In this document: one piece after another, positions 51,549 to 63,252 of the stretch
Position numbering within the stretch: position 1 is the first letter of the stretch
Layout: each line of letters starts with the position of its first letter
Source of the DNA: a virus
Lineage: Duplodnaviria; Caudoviricetes
Virus record (IMG/VR): IMGVR_UViG_3300010362_000015
Span: 9,593 to 73,592 of that record
Direction: 5' to 3' (one strand)
Length of the DNA: 64,000 nt
Program-made: the position numbers and the translations under genes
The notes under the pieces: generated by a model
Told to the model about the DNA's origin: nothing
Seen by the model: the letters and a program-made list of their open reading frames with translations, nothing else
Databases searched by the model: none

Positions 51549-54500
51549 TTATTTCCATTCGGCCCAAGTAACGATATTCATACTGGTCGCATTGACCTTG
51601 TAGTAATAGTTCGGCAGCACGATAAATGTCACCGTGCGATACGCTGTCGTCTCTGCATACGTGCTCGTTTGAAGATTCGCTACCAACGTCGTCGGACTGG
51701 AAGAGGCGTCACAGTACCCGAAGAGGGCTTGCGAGCCGCTGCTAGTGGAGCCCTGCGCCACCACACTGACGAATATTGGCGTAGTGCCCGTGTTTTGATA
51801 AACCGTGTTGAATACGCGGCTGGCGCTAGTGTATGTCGCGAATGTGGTCGGCCCGCCGCTCGAAATTGCAACTCCGTTGATGCGGTAGACGCCTGAGATA
51901 TTGCAATCGCCGGTCACATTCAACGCATAGTTGCCCGTGGTGTTGCCGATGCAAATGGCTCCACCCAGCGGATTCAGGCATAGTGCAAATAGAGTCCCTG
52001 CGCCGCTTATGTATTGCCCCTGTATCCAACCTTTACCCGTCCCGTCCACGCCCATCAGCATTCCATAGGTACGGTCGCTGTTACTCACCAACATTGACGC
52101 GTTCGTAGCTGCGCCCGCAGTCGGAAAGCCGAACGCCGATCCGACCACATGAAGGCTGGTCGCCGGATTCGTTGTCCCGATACCGCAATTGCCGTTTTTA
52201 TCGATCACCCACCGTATCGGAAAGCCGCTTGCCACTAGATCCCGCAACTGAAAGCTCTTGGAAGCGCCGCCATCAGTGTCAATGCCGAGATCGTAGGTAT
52301 AGGACGAGGTCCGATCCGCAACGAACTCCACCACAGCACGGCCATCTGCGGTGCTTCTATTCCAGATCCGCATTCCGGCTTGAGAGCCGAGATCCTTGTT
52401 GACATCGAGAGCGTAGGTTGGGGCCGCGCCGACGCCCACATTGCCGCCGAACGTGGCGTTGCCCGTCGAACGCGTAAACGTCAGCGCCGCGCCTAGTGAG
52501 CTTCCCGCGTCGTTGTAGCGAAGCAGCATCAAGTTGCTGCCGACGTTGGAGCCGGTTTCAGACGTGGCGTCCGTCAACCACACCCATCGGTTTGATCCAT
52601 TGATCGAAAAGGCCAGTGAGCCCCAAGATGCCGTAGACGGTGCATCTGTTCTGATACCACCTGACGAGGAGGTGATCGCACCGGCAACAGCGAGATTGCC
52701 GCTCATCGTGACATTACCGGTAGAACGGGTAATGCTCAGCGGCGTGCTCAAATATACCTGCGTGTCGCTATAGCGGTTGATGTTGAAATCGGAGCCAGCA
52801 TTGCTTCCAGATTCAGCACCACTGTTTTTGCCCACTGCCCAACGTACTTGGCTACCACTCGTTCTGTAATAAACATAAGATCCGCCGCCCGCAGTATCAA
52901 GAATGTTAACGTCGTTCCCCGCTGTGAGGTTTGCATTTGACACAAGCGTCCCGGTGAACGTGGAGGCAGTTGAAGTGACCGTAAAAGACGGTAGCGTCAC
53001 TGCACTAGGTCCAGAGATGGTTAGCGCCGCAGCCGCCGAACCTGTTGAATTGCCGCTCTGGATGTAATTCATACCGGGGGCGGCTATGATTCCAATTAAT
53101 CCGTTCGCCGTTTGGACATATATCGTCGCGCCCACCGTTATTATGCCGGTTGCTCTAGCGATACTCAGCGCACTACCTAGAAACGCGCCAGCATCACTAT
53201 ACCGGCTGATTTGCAGATCGGAGCCCGCGTTGGAGCCCGACTCCGCGCCACCCCTGAGTATGTTCCAGCGGGCCCCTGTCGTGTACCACGTGATCCCGTC
53301 AGCATCCACATTTACGTTCTTGCCGGTGGCGTATAGGCCAACTGCGCCCAGCACGTTCACGGGACCGCCAAAGTAGGACAGAGCGTTACCGGCGTGATAC
53401 ATGGTGTAGCTGTTTGCCGCTGACGCTTGGTTGGTGTAGATGGCATAGTTACCGGAAGTGCCCGCCGTCTGCGGATCAATCACTAGTCCGAAAACAGTGG
53501 ATATCTTCGTGCCAAAAGAGGAGTTCACAGTGCGCGCCCAGAAGGATCGCCAACTGGAGATCGTCGAGGTAGCACCACCGCCATACGCCCCAGCCTGCAC
53601 CAGAAAGCCGGTCACATTGCTGACTGCTCCGCTGGCATTGTTCCAGAAATACGGGTTGGTCTGGAACCCAGTCATGTAACTGATCGCGCCCGAACCTTGC
53701 ATATAGGGCCGATTCTCAGAAACACAGAAATCAGGGCACGTAGTAGTGCCCTGCATGATGACTAGGTTGAGGGTGCCGAAACAACTGCTGGTGACCGTAC
53801 AGTTGTTGAAGTCGTGCTCGGTGTAGTTCCCTATCGGAACCGAACCAGAGGCCCCCGTAACGACCGATGTCGTATCGAAATTGAAGGGCAAGGCGTCCGT
53901 AAAGCTTGAAATCGTACGCTGGACAGAGAGCCTACCGTAAAAAAGAGCCCGGCCATCAGAACGCGAAATACCAAAATTGAGGCCTAGATTGGCCCCGGCA
54001 TCGCTGTAGCGATATAGAGCAAAATCCGAACCGGCATTGGAGCCGCTTTCGGCTGAGTTATTCTTTCCTATTCCCCAGCGTGAAACATTACCGCTCGATC
54101 TCAGGAACAGATAGGAGCCGCCGCCAGCCGTATCCACAACACTGACATTGTCGCCAGTGGTAGTTGCGCCGGTGACCGTCAATGTTGAGACGTTGCTTAA
54201 TGAGAATCCGCCACCATTCACATTCTGTAGCCATGGCGTCTGCGCCCATCCCCGGATATCCACGCCGTTGATGCGATAGACAGAGCCGCTAGAGAGGTTA
54301 CAATCGCCTGAGACGTCTAACTGATAATTCGGCTGCGCCGAACTGCCGATTCGCATGAAATGGTTGGAGCCATTGATTAAGACCAGCCCAGTGCCGCTGG
54401 TATTGTCGGAGAAGATGAAATTGCCGCCGCTGTCGGAGTAGATTCCGTAGTTGCGTCCTATGGATGCAGTCGTATTGTTGAATTGAATGCCACTAGCCCA

Positions 54501-57500
54501 GCCAGCTGATGCTCCGCTCAGCACCAGCGCCACAACGTTAAAGTTACCTACTCCTATCCTTACGGGTTGATTTTGATAAATGGCACCAGTCGCTGAAGCT
54601 CCGCCCATCAGCTGCAGAACCATCTGTGAGTTGACCATGTCGCGGAAGTAAAGATTCTTGTCGCCGCCGCCGACGGTATATATCAACCAGCTGCCGTCGG
54701 TCCACTGAAAGCCGGTCCCGAGAGTCGCGATGAAGTTGCTAGCGTAGACTGCGCTGCTAAAATTACCGCCGCCGGTTACGTCGAGGGCGAAGGCTGGACT
54801 AACTTTGTTTATCCCGACATTGCCGCCCAAGGGGTTCAGTTCCAGCGCATAAAGCGTGGTCACTGCGTCAAATCGTTGGCTCTGTATCCAGGCGTTGCCA
54901 TTGCCACGCGCCCCCATTGCGAGGCCGTACAATCCCCCAACAGCGAACAACCCTAGGCTGCCGCTCCCATCTCCTGCGACCGGAACGCCTGCGCTTCCGG
55001 CTACGCGTAGAATGCCGTTGTTCACGTCCAGTCTGTAGCCTGGATTAGTTGTCCCAATTCCAACATTCCCTGCGCCTTCACATAGTGTCACATTCCTATT
55101 GGCAACGCCTTGCTCTATCGCACTGATGGCAAGTCGTATTGGGCCAGGACTACTGCCACGGAGTTCTAACCTGCCCTGTAGCGGCAGGCTAAGATCCGAT
55201 GAGGAGATATATAGGATGCCTACATAATCGGAAGCTTTCAGGGCGCCGGTAACTTTTAGACTGCTTGACACAATTTCGGGCAGATTTGTTAATTTGAAAC
55301 TGCCAGCATTGATGTCCTGTAGCCACGGCGTTTGCGCCGCCGCGATCAGCGACACGCCGCCGACTGTAGGAGTCACTCCAAAATCCACAACGCCTGTAGA
55401 GCGGGTGATAGTGAGCGGGTAACCTATAAGCGCACCGGCGTCTGTATATCGGCCAAGGAACAAATTAGTTCCAGTATTGGAGCCTGTTTCTGCAACCCCT
55501 GTTTTCCACTGCCAACGATTAAGGCCCGCAACGGATTGAAACGTCTGGTAAGCGCCATTGTTATCTGCTGTCAGATCGAATCGAAATGTTGATGTAGAGA
55601 ACACCTGGATATCGCTGACATTCGTCAGGCTAAAGCCTGCTCCAGCGATATTTTGCAGCCAAGGTGTCTGCGCCGCCGCGATCAACCCCGTGCCGTTCAC
55701 GCGGTACGCCCCGGTGATGTTTACATCGCCGCTCACATCAAGCGGATATGCAGGTACGGCGACGCCGATGCCGATGCGGCCTCCGAAGTAGCTCTGCGCC
55801 GTGCCATTGTTGTAGATCGTGTAGGCGCCCGTGGCAGCGGCCTGATTGGTGTAGATCGCGAAGTTGTTGGCGGTGCCGCCGGTGATCGGATCGACCACCA
55901 GCCCGTAGGCCGTGCCGATCTTGCCCGCGGCGCCCGACGTGATCGACCGGATGTAGATCTGCCGCCAGTTGGTGATGGTGGAGGTCGCGCCGCCGCCGTA
56001 AGCGCCCGCGCCCGCCACAATGGCGTTCATGCTCCCGATGGTGCCGGTGGCGCTGCTCGTCCAGACATAGGGATCGCTGTAGAACGCCGCCATCTGCGAG
56101 ATGTTGCCCGAGCCCTGCATGTAGGGGCGGCTCAGCTGGACGAAGAAGTCGGTGGTGGCCGTCGTACCGAGCGCGACCACCGAGAAGATCTGGCCGTACA
56201 GAAGATTGGAGAAGGTGCAGTTGTTGATACTGAGGTTGGTGTTATTGAAGACGACGTTGCTGTTGCCCGTCGCGCCGGTCACCGTGTAGTTCTGGTCGAT
56301 GCCGAACGCAGTGAGATCGGTCACGGCGCTGAGCGAGGCCGTCATCGCCAGCCGCTTGAGACTGCTTAACGCAAAGCCGTTCGCATTGATGTCGCTGACC
56401 CACGGCGTCTGGGCGCTGGTCGCGATGGCTGTGCCGTTGACGCGATAGACGCCGGTGATATTCACGTCGCCCGTCACGTCGAGGGGATAGAGGGGCGACC
56501 GGTCGCCAATACCTACGAAGCCGTTACCGCGGAGAATATAGAACGGCGTGCCAACATATGTGCCGCTATTGTTATAGCGATAGATGGCATAGTTAGATCC
56601 GTTATTACTGGCGTCTTCTGCAGTGGCATTCTTGACGGTAGCCCAGCGGGCCAGCCCGTCTTGAGTGAACATTAGATTCGACACATTGCCATTACTGGCG
56701 TGACCATCACTATAAAGAACATTGGCTGCAATGGATTGGAAGTTGATAATGGCGTTTAAGCTACCATCCAGATCCCCGCCAAGAACGGTGCGCCCGCCCG
56801 CAGGTTGTAACTTCAACGAATAGACCAGTGCAGCTGTGACGTTCTGTGACTGTATCCACGCGGTGCCGCCAGCATCGACGCCCATCAGGAGCCCGTAGGA
56901 CGGGTTGGTGTTGCTGACGAGCAAACCACCGTTGGTCGCCGCGCCCGGCGTCGGGAAGCCGTCGCTTCCAGCCGCAATGTGAAGGCGTGTGGCCGGTGCG
57001 GCTACGCTGATTCCAGTGTTTCCGTTCGACAGGATGCGCATCCGCTCGTTTCGGGGGTACGAGTAGAACGCCAATGCCGTGGCGTAACCTGTGGTGCCTT
57101 CATATACCGCGCTCAGGCCGGGGCCGAGGTTATATGCACCGGCGCTGCAATAGTTGCCGTCTCCCAGGTAGAGGCTGGAGCCGATTGGTGATCCCGCGCT
57201 GGTGGAAACAGCCGAATAGACGCCAGCATTTCCGATCACGGTTAATGGCGCCCATGCCGGTCCTGAAACAGCGGCGTTGTTCACTTTAACCGTGGATGCG
57301 AACGTTGTCGCGCCGCTGGCGCGAGTCAACGCGAGATGATTGATATAGAAGTTGCCCGCGTCATCGAAGCTCCAGACTTCAAAATTGGAGCCCGCATTGC
57401 TGCCTGTTTCTGCCTCGCTGTTGCTACCGAATCTCCAGCGCCTCTTATTGGCGATGTTCCAGCCTACCGTCGGCGGTGTGCTCGGCGACGCTCCATTGAG

Positions 57501-59669
57501 CGAAACGGAAAGAGCGCCGGATAAGCTATATCCCGAGCCGTCGATATTGCTCAGCCACGGTGTCTGAGACTTCGAGATGATCGATACGCCGCCGATGGTG
57601 GGCGTCTGCGAGAAGTTCACCACGCCGCTCGCGCGGTTGATCCCCAACGGAATATCTATCGCGGTTCCGGCGTCGTTGAATCGCTGGAGGTAGAAGTCGC
57701 TGCCGCTGTTCCCGCCCGTCTCTGTGCCGGTTATGCCGCTATTCCAACGGATAACGGCGCCTGGACCCATGAAGCCGATGGCTGCTGGATTCATGAGAAT
57801 TTGTGGTTGGCCGTTAGGGCCTACCTGCACAGTGTTTTGCGCCTGGACCATCGGAGTGGAAACATAGCCCTGCGCCCAAACGTAATTGGAGGCCGTAATA
57901 TTCAGGGCATTGCTCAGGCTCTTCCCATTGCCATCGATGTTCTGCAGCCACGGTGTCTGCGCTACTGCGATCAGCGAAGCGCCGCCGATAGTGGGCGTCT
58001 GGGGAAATTCAACTACGCCCGTGGCGCGGATGATCTTCAACGCATAGCCTATATAACTGCCCGCGTCGCTATATCGGTACAGATACAGGTTAGAACCAAG
58101 GTTGCCGGTGCTTTCTGCATCGCCCTTATAAAGCGCCCAACGATCTAGCCCGTGGGTGTACCATCCGACGATCAGTGAACTGAGAAATGTCTGGTCCCCT
58201 GACGCCACCGGGTACGGACCAACCTGAACGTTGTTTGTGAACAGCCCGGTGGGCATCTGACAATAGCCGGAGCCAGTGAGCGCGGCGACGTTCACTAGGT
58301 CATGGCCGGATGCATCGATATTCTGCAACCACGGCGTCTGTCCCGGGATCGTCACGTTAACCCGGTTATTCCCCACGTCGTCCGTCGCAGTAACGCCCGC
58401 GCCCACAAAGTTCAGCGCACTGCGCGTCGCGAACGCCGAGCCTTCATCCTGGACGATGGTCGGCGGCCCTTGCGGCCCTTGTGGTCCTTGACTGCCGGTC
58501 GCGCCGGTTGCACCAGGATCGCCTTGCGGCCCCTGTGGGCCGGTTGCGCCGGTCGCGCCGGTGTTGCCCGGCGGCCCCTGGATGCCCTGCGCGCCCTGCA
58601 CGCCAGCCGGGCCTTGCGGTCCTGTCGCCCCGTCGGGACCTATCGGCCCCTGCGCGCCGGTTGCGCCGGTGGCGCCCGTGTCGCCCTTGGGGCCCTGTGC
58701 GCCGGTCGAGCCGGTTGCACCAGGATTGCCTTGCGGGCCCTGTGGACCTTGCGGCCCCTGTGGGCCGGTTGCGCCGGTCGGCCCTGCCGGTCCTGTGGGG
58801 CCAGCCGGTCCAGTGACGTTCCCGGCGTCTGCCCACGCGCCCGGCGGCGTGCTCCAGACCCACATGTGGCCGGTATCCGCTGTGATCCATGCATCTCCAG
58901 GTGCGCCGCTCGTCGGCAGATCCGCGGAGGTCGGCACCGAACCCTTGATCGCGATGCTGGTGCCCGGCGGGCCGGTCGCGCCGGTGTCGCCCTGCGGACC
59001 GATGGGCCCCGGTATCCCTTGCGATCCCTGAGCCCCTGTCGCGCCGGTTGGTCCTGCCGGTCCATCGGCTCCGGTTGCGCCGGTCGGCCCGGTCGGCCCG
59101 GGAAGGCCCTGATCGCCCTGCGGCCCTTGCGGGCCCGTGTTGCCGGTCGGCCCCTGCGCGCCGGTTGCGCCCTGCGGCCCTTGCGGCCCCTGTGCTCCTG
59201 CCGGTCCTGTCGAGCCTGCAGGCCCCGTCGGACCTATCGGGCCCTGCGGTCCTACATCGCCCTGCGGACCTGCCGGTCCTGTCGGCCCGGTCGCTCCAGG
59301 CAGGCCTTGCGGCCCTTGCGCGCCGGTAGCGCCCGTGTTGCCTTGCGGCCCCTGCGGGCCGGTCAGCCCAGGCGGCCCCTGTATCCCTTGCGTGCCTTGA
59401 GGCCCCTGCGGCCCAACCGGCCCGACGTCGCCCTGCGGCCCTTGCGGGCCTACGGGCCCTACCGGCCCCTGTGGTCCTACATCGCCCTGAGGTCCCTGCG
59501 GCCCTGCCGGTCCCACCGGTCCCTGTGGCCCCTCCGGTCCAGGCGGCCCTTGCGGCCCCGGCGGCCCGACCGCGGGAACCACGCCTGCGAGCTTGGCGTT
59601 GAGGTTGGTGGTCTTGATCGAGGCGTTCAGCCCCTGCGGCGTCAGGGTAGCTTTCAGATCGGTCGCCAT
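51549..59669 (-). CDS. giant collagen-like fibre protein, 2706 aa
   Basis: About 100 Gly-X-Y triplets at the N-terminus; nine RW...AE(S/T)GSN repeats; seven QTPW repeats; fibre-type C-terminal domain ([19 protein letters not shown]...WAEWK). Confidence 0.85.
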   Translation of the reverse strand: MATDLKATLTPQGLNASIKTTNLNAKLAGVVPAVGPPGPQGPPGPEGPQGPVGPAGPQGPQGDVGPQGPVGPVGPQGPQGDVGPVGPQGPQGTQGIQGPPGLTGPQGPQGNTGATGAQGPQGLPGATGPTGPAGPQGDVGPQGPIGPTGPAGSTGPAGAQGPQGPQGATGAQGPTGNTGPQGPQGDQGLPGPTGPTGATGADGPAGPTGATGAQGSQGIPGPIGPQGDTGATGPPGTSIAIKGSVPTSADLPTSGAPGDAWITADTGHMWVWSTPPGAWADAGNVTGPAGPTGPAGPTGATGPQGPQGPQGPQGNPGATGSTGAQGPKGDTGATGATGAQGPIGPDGATGPQGPAGVQGAQGIQGPPGNTGATGATGPQGPQGDPGATGATGSQGPQGPQGPPTIVQDEGSAFATRSALNFVGAGVTATDDVGNNRVNVTIPGQTPWLQNIDASGHDLVNVAALTGSGYCQMPTGLFTNNVQVGPYPVASGDQTFLSSLIVGWYTHGLDRWALYKGDAESTGNLGSNLYLYRYSDAGSYIGYALKIIRATGVVEFPQTPTIGGASLIAVAQTPWLQNIDGNGKSLSNALNITASNYVWAQGYVSTPMVQAQNTVQVGPNGQPQILMNPAAIGFMGPGAVIRWNSGITGTETGGNSGSDFYLQRFNDAGTAIDIPLGINRASGVVNFSQTPTIGGVSIISKSQTPWLSNIDGSGYSLSGALSVSLNGASPSTPPTVGWNIANKRRWRFGSNSEAETGSNAGSNFEVWSFDDAGNFYINHLALTRASGATTFASTVKVNNAAVSGPAWAPLTVIGNAGVYSAVSTSAGSPIGSSLYLGDGNYCSAGAYNLGPGLSAVYEGTTGYATALAFYSYPRNERMRILSNGNTGISVAAPATRLHIAAGSDGFPTPGAATNGGLLVSNTNPSYGLLMGVDAGGTAWIQSQNVTAALVYSLKLQPAGGRTVLGGDLDGSLNAIINFQSIAANVLYSDGHASNGNVSNLMFTQDGLARWATVKNATAEDASNNGSNYAIYRYNNSGTYVGTPFYILRGNGFVGIGDRSPLYPLDVTGDVNITGVYRVNGTAIATSAQTPWVSDINANGFALSSLKRLAMTASLSAVTDLTAFGIDQNYTVTGATGNSNVVFNNTNLSINNCTFSNLLYGQIFSVVALGTTATTDFFVQLSRPYMQGSGNISQMAAFYSDPYVWTSSATGTIGSMNAIVAGAGAYGGGATSTITNWRQIYIRSITSGAAGKIGTAYGLVVDPITGGTANNFAIYTNQAAATGAYTIYNNGTAQSYFGGRIGIGVAVPAYPLDVSGDVNITGAYRVNGTGLIAAAQTPWLQNIAGAGFSLTNVSDIQVFSTSTFRFDLTADNNGAYQTFQSVAGLNRWQWKTGVAETGSNTGTNLFLGRYTDAGALIGYPLTITRSTGVVDFGVTPTVGGVSLIAAAQTPWLQDINAGSFKLTNLPEIVSSSLKVTGALKASDYVGILYISSSDLSLPLQGRLELRGSSPGPIRLAISAIEQGVANRNVTLCEGAGNVGIGTTNPGYRLDVNNGILRVAGSAGVPVAGDGSGSLGLFAVGGLYGLAMGARGNGNAWIQSQRFDAVTTLYALELNPLGGNVGINKVSPAFALDVTGGGNFSSAVYASNFIATLGTGFQWTDGSWLIYTVGGGDKNLYFRDMVNSQMVLQLMGGASATGAIYQNQPVRIGVGNFNVVALVLSGASAGWASGIQFNNTTASIGRNYGIYSDSGGNFIFSDNTSGTGLVLINGSNHFMRIGSSAQPNYQLDVSGDCNLSSGSVYRINGVDIRGWAQTPWLQNVNGGGFSLSNVSTLTVTGATTTGDNVSVVDTAGGGSYLFLRSSGNVSRWGIGKNNSAESGSNAGSDFALYRYSDAGANLGLNFGISRSDGRALFYGRLSVQRTISSFTDALPFNFDTTSVVTGASGSVPIGNYTEHDFNNCTVTSSCFGTLNLVIMQGTTTCPDFCVSENRPYMQGSGAISYMTGFQTNPYFWNNASGAVSNVTGFLVQAGAYGGGATSTISSWRSFWARTVNSSFGTKISTVFGLVIDPQTAGTSGNYAIYTNQASAANSYTMYHAGNALSYFGGPVNVLGAVGLYATGKNVNVDADGITWYTTGARWNILRGGAESGSNAGSDLQISRYSDAGAFLGSALSIARATGIITVGATIYVQTANGLIGIIAAPGMNYIQSGNSTGSAAAALTISGPSAVTLPSFTVTSTASTFTGTLVSNANLTAGNDVNILDTAGGGSYVYYRTSGSQVRWAVGKNSGAESGSNAGSDFNINRYSDTQVYLSTPLSITRSTGNVTMSGNLAVAGAITSSSGGIRTDAPSTASWGSLAFSINGSNRWVWLTDATSETGSNVGSNLMLLRYNDAGSSLGAALTFTRSTGNATFGGNVGVGAAPTYALDVNKDLGSQAGMRIWNRSTADGRAVVEFVADRTSSYTYDLGIDTDGGASKSFQLRDLVASGFPIRWVIDKNGNCGIGTTNPATSLHVVGSAFGFPTAGAATNASMLVSNSDRTYGMLMGVDGTGKGWIQGQYISGAGTLFALCLNPLGGAICIGNTTGNYALNVTGDCNISGVYRINGVAISSGGPTTFATYTSASRVFNTVYQNTGTTPIFVSVVAQGSTSSGSQALFGYCDASSSPTTLVANLQTSTYAETTAYRTVTFIVLPNYYYKVNATSMNIVTWAEWK

Positions 59670-59672
59670 AAG

Positions 59673-60002
59673 TTACCGGGTGACTTCCTGAGTTACTAAT
59701 ACCTTGCCTGCTAAGAGCGTAGTTATCGAACCGTCTGGCGAAGTAACTTGTAAGTCCCAGAGATACCAGCCGCTCATGCCGGTAGTCTCGGAGGACGGAA
59801 TGGTCAGGGTAATGTGCGGCGAGGCGACTCCGGTCTGGATTTCGACGGCGACCTGGGAATTCTGATCGGCCGGTCCCAGGCGGATCTGCGCCTTGGCTTG
59901 AAATCCGGCGATCACCTCATCGGGCGGCAGGCCGCCGGTCACCGTGACCAGCACCGCCCAATCGTCGCCTTGGTAGATCTGGAGGTCTGCATGGCCCGCC
60001 AT
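59673..60002 (-). CDS. fibre adaptor/anchor (BppU N-terminal / LtfC-like beta sandwich), 109 aa
   Basis: DLQIYQGDDW...ITLTIPSSET...YLWDLQV...LLAGKVLVTQEVTR motif. Confidence 0.7.
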   Translation of the reverse strand: MAGHADLQIYQGDDWAVLVTVTGGLPPDEVIAGFQAKAQIRLGPADQNSQVAVEIQTGVASPHITLTIPSSETTGMSGWYLWDLQVTSPDGSITTLLAGKVLVTQEVTR

Positions 60003-60259
60003 GGCTTTACTCCGAAGTGCGCCGCGGCCCGGGCTCTGGCGATGATCGAGGCGTCAGCTGGCGGGTCTGAGCAGCCCGCTCATGGTTCGTCAGATCCGGG
60101 TGCCGGGCGCCAACCCGAGCTGCGCTTCGAGCGTCGGGGAGTTCGAGAGTTCTCACGTCTTGCCTCCGCAAGGAAGTGGTAAACTTCGCTGCAGTAGAAC
60201 AAGCTCGATTCAAAACCACCTTCGGAGGAAGCCGCCGGATTGGAGACATCCGGCGGCTT
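60003..60259 (-). ncRNA. candidate structured cis-regulatory RNA in the leader of the fibre module
   Basis: Long-range stem 60003-60019/60217-60233 covering the RBS; several internal hairpins; 12-bp hairpin at 60229-60259. Confidence 0.4.
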
Positions 60260-60266
60260 TCGTTTG

Positions 60267-61022
60267 TCAGGACACCACAACTATGTCGTCGGCGGCGGCG
60301 GCGGGAAAGGTCCCGGCCGGTTGCGGTGCGGGCGCCGCGCCTTCAGCAGGCAGCGTGCCTGCTACGGGAGGAACTGGACCGGTGCTGGCAATCGGAGGAA
60401 TGGCGATTCCCTGCGGAGGCGGCACCATTACCCAGCCGAGGCCGGGAACGAATTGCAGAGTCCAGCCCCCGGAAATAGGAAGCTCGACGTGTGCGCCGCC
60501 GGGCGGTTCAGGAGGTTGCGACGGCGGCAAAATCGGGCCGCCACCGACTTGAGGCGGGTAATAGATTGGTGGAGCTATGACGGGAGGGCCGCCAGATGGC
60601 GGATAGACCGGCCCACCACCGATCACCGGAGGTCCACCCGGGGGCGGCCAAGTGCCCACCGGCGGATAGACGGGACCTCCACCGACTTGAGGCGGCCCAC
60701 CTGGGGGCGGCCAGACGGCGACTGGCGGCTGCGCCGGGTACACGGGCCCACCGCCCACTACGGGCGGCCCACCTGGGGGCGGCCAAATGCCTGGAGGCGG
60801 CCCTACCGGTGGATAAACAGGGCCACCGCCCACTACCGGAGGTCCACCCGGGGGCGGCCAGATGCCTACCGGAGGTTGCGCCGGGTACACGGGTCCACCA
60901 CCAACTACCGGCGGCCCACCTGGGGGCGGCCAGATCCCCGGCGGCGGCTGAGGCGGCAAGAAAATTGGAGGTTCCGGGTGCGCGCCCGTCGGCGGAACCG
61001 GGATGATGTAATAAGCCTGCAT
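60267..61022 (-). CDS. Pro/Gly-rich repeat protein, 251 aa
   Basis: AGGAGAG RBS and ATG 61022; five WPPPGGPPxxGGGPVYP repeats. Confidence 0.75.
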   Translation of the reverse strand: MQAYYIIPVPPTGAHPEPPIFLPPQPPPGIWPPPGGPPVVGGGPVYPAQPPVGIWPPPGGPPVVGGGPVYPPVGPPPGIWPPPGGPPVVGGGPVYPAQPPVAVWPPPGGPPQVGGGPVYPPVGTWPPPGGPPVIGGGPVYPPSGGPPVIAPPIYYPPQVGGGPILPPSQPPEPPGGAHVELPISGGWTLQFVPGLGWVMVPPPQGIAIPPIASTGPVPPVAGTLPAEGAAPAPQPAGTFPAAAADDIVVVS

Positions 61023-61191
61023 CGATGCTTCTCTCCTAGGTGTGGCGGCGGCGCCACGGTTTGCATGTCTCTGCTCAGCTTGTTTGTAAGCCCTCACTGC
61101 CCTATAGGTCAAGACTTTTGGCCTAGTTATCTCAGTGAAAATATGGTGACTAAGCCTTAAGTCGAGATATTGAGGTTTAAGGGCGTTTTGC

Positions 61192-63252
61192 TTACTTCAG
61201 GAAACTACCGCGCACGGGACGGAAACCTCCGTAGCTCGGCTGTGCGACGGTGACCGGCGCGGTCGGCGGCGCTGCCGGTGGAGGCTGCGGCGGTGGGGCC
61301 GGTTGCGGTGCAGGCGTTCCGCCGATGGGCTCGACGGCCTTCTCGAATTTGCGCCAGACGTCCTCGTTGAAGCGGTCGATGCCGACCATGGCCGCAGCGC
61401 CGCGGTTGTACACCGCGAGATCGACCGGCTCGTTGCGCGGGCCGCGCTGCTCGTAGACCACTTCGCCCGAGGGCTTGACGATCTTCACTTCGCTGGTGAG
61501 TCCCTCGAAGTAGCTCATGTCGTACATCGGGAAGTGGTAGCAGCCGGGCGACGGCGAGTCGTCCGAAGTCGGCAGCGCATGCGTCAGCAGGTCGAAGATC
61601 TCGGCTTTCGCGCAGTGCGTGCCGACGCCGATGATGCGCACGCCCTGGCGCTTGCGCGCGGCGTCCTCCTTCGAGAGCGAGCTGATGATGCGCAGCGGAT
61701 CGGGCGTGCCCTTCACCGGCGCGATGGTGCGCGCGGCGATCAGCTTGATGCCCATCGGCCCGTAGTGCAGCTGATGATGGCCCGGCCTGCGCGTGAATTC
61801 GTAGACCGGCTTGGGATTGCCGCCGGTGTCGATGGCCAGACAGAGGATCGGCAGCCGGTGGCCGGATGCATGCAACCAGTCGCGCTGCAGCAATTCTTCG
61901 AGACGGTCCCAGACCTCGCGCGAGCTGACCGGCAGCTCCTGCCCGTTCTCGGCGAAGGCCTGCAGCACCCAGTAGCCGATGCTCCAGTTCTCGCGCCCGC
62001 GGCCCCAGGCCTTCAACTCCACCTCCAGCCGCGGCGGATGCTCCTGCACGTCGCACGCAGCCGTGAGGAAGAGGCCGCGCTGCGGGATGATGGCCGCGTC
62101 GCCGAACGCATAATGCTCGCGCCGCGCGAACAGCTTCTCCTTCTCGGGCGCCTCGCCTTCCTCCACCCACTCTTCTGCCAACACCGTGTTGACAAAAGTC
62201 TTCAGCGACTGCCGGTCCTGCTTCGCCTGGAGGAAGTGCTGCGTGATGGAACTCGCCGTCTTCCACGTCGGCGGCACATACAGGTGGTTGCACCAGAAGC
62301 CCGCGATCTTGCCGTCCACGCCGCCGGGCCTGTGGGCCCGCCACTCTACATGATTGACGGCCTGCCAGCGTTCCTGCTCCGTCCAGGGCTTGTCGCACTT
62401 CACGCAGTAGTAGCGCGCCGTCGATGGTTGCAGTTCGCGCGCGACCCCGGTGTCCCAGCGGACGTGATAGCCGGTCTGATCGCGGAACCGCAGCACCTGC
62501 AAGTGCCCGCAGTGCGGGCAGGGCGCATACGGATGGCGCTGGTCGCTGATCGCAAACATCTTCCCGATGCGCGACTGACCGGCCACGGTCGGCGTGCAGG
62601 CCACCAGCCGCTTGCGGCGCGATCCGAACGTCATCGCGCGTTCCCAGGCCAGATCAATCGGGTCGCCTTCGCCCTGCCGGTCCATGCTGCCGCCCACATC
62701 TGCACCATACTTGTCCACTTCGTCGCAGACCAGATAGCGGATGGTGTGCTGCGCCAGATCGATGGGCGTGCCCGCGCTCACGATCAAGAGATTCCCGCCG
62801 GGAAAGTCCTTCGCCAGAATTGTGTTGTGCCCGTCATGCACGCTCTCGCTGATGCGGCCATGCAGAACCGCGCAATCACGGCTCAAGGGCATCAATCTGC
62901 GCTTGGAAAACTGCCTCGCAGCGTCGATTTTGGGCTCTACCAGCAGAATTGGCCCCGGATCTTCCGCAATCCAGTACGCGATTGCGCACATCAGGGCCAG
63001 CGATTTGATCACCTGGGTGCTCGTCATGATGACGATTTGCTCGATATCCGGGTCCGAAATAGCGTCGAAAACGCCCTTTTGCCACCCAAAAAGGTGCAGC
63101 GGACCGGTCGAATTCGAGTATTCCGGCGACAAAACGATGTTGTTTTCGGCCCATTCGCTCAGTGTGAGACGCTTGACCGGCCTCAAAAGCGCGCGAAACT
63201 CGGCAAACAGCGGCGGCGGGTACGGGAAGCGCGCTAATAGCTCGGGACTCAC
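61192..63252 (-). CDS. terL: terminase large subunit, lambda GpA family
   Basis: DEVDKY, GDPIDLAWERAMTF, ACTPTVAGQSRI, CPHCG and NEPVDLAVY motifs; GTGA overlap with terS. Confidence 0.95.
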   Translation of the reverse strand: MSPELLARFPYPPPLFAEFRALLRPVKRLTLSEWAENNIVLSPEYSNSTGPLHLFGWQKGVFDAISDPDIEQIVIMTSTQVIKSLALMCAIAYWIAEDPGPILLVEPKIDAARQFSKRRLMPLSRDCAVLHGRISESVHDGHNTILAKDFPGGNLLIVSAGTPIDLAQHTIRYLVCDEVDKYGADVGGSMDRQGEGDPIDLAWERAMTFGSRRKRLVACTPTVAGQSRIGKMFAISDQRHPYAPCPHCGHLQVLRFRDQTGYHVRWDTGVARELQPSTARYYCVKCDKPWTEQERWQAVNHVEWRAHRPGGVDGKIAGFWCNHLYVPPTWKTASSITQHFLQAKQDRQSLKTFVNTVLAEEWVEEGEAPEKEKLFARREHYAFGDAAIIPQRGLFLTAACDVQEHPPRLEVELKAWGRGRENWSIGYWVLQAFAENGQELPVSSREVWDRLEELLQRDWLHASGHRLPILCLAIDTGGNPKPVYEFTRRPGHHQLHYGPMGIKLIAARTIAPVKGTPDPLRIISSLSKEDAARKRQGVRIIGVGTHCAKAEIFDLLTHALPTSDDSPSPGCYHFPMYDMSYFEGLTSEVKIVKPSGEVVYEQRGPRNEPVDLAVYNRGAAAMVGIDRFNEDVWRKFEKAVEPIGGTPAPQPAPPPQPPPAAPPTAPVTVAQPSYGGFRPVRGSFLK

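Noticed and set aside
25845-59669. Diversity-generating retroelement targeting the fibres
   Set aside because: No reverse transcriptase ORF and no TR/VR pair differing only at adenines was seen; the 44-bp repeat is exact and internal
60007-60249. 80-aa ORF, hammerhead ribozyme (CTGACGA) or tRNA (GTTCGAGA) in the fibre leader
   Set aside because: The ORF lacks an RBS and protein-like composition; no GAAA is correctly placed for a hammerhead core; no cloverleaf forms
61862-61874. Partial operator CCGGATGCATGCA in terL
   Set aside because: It encodes LHASG within the terminase and has no promoter context; a roadblock role cannot be excluded but is unsupported
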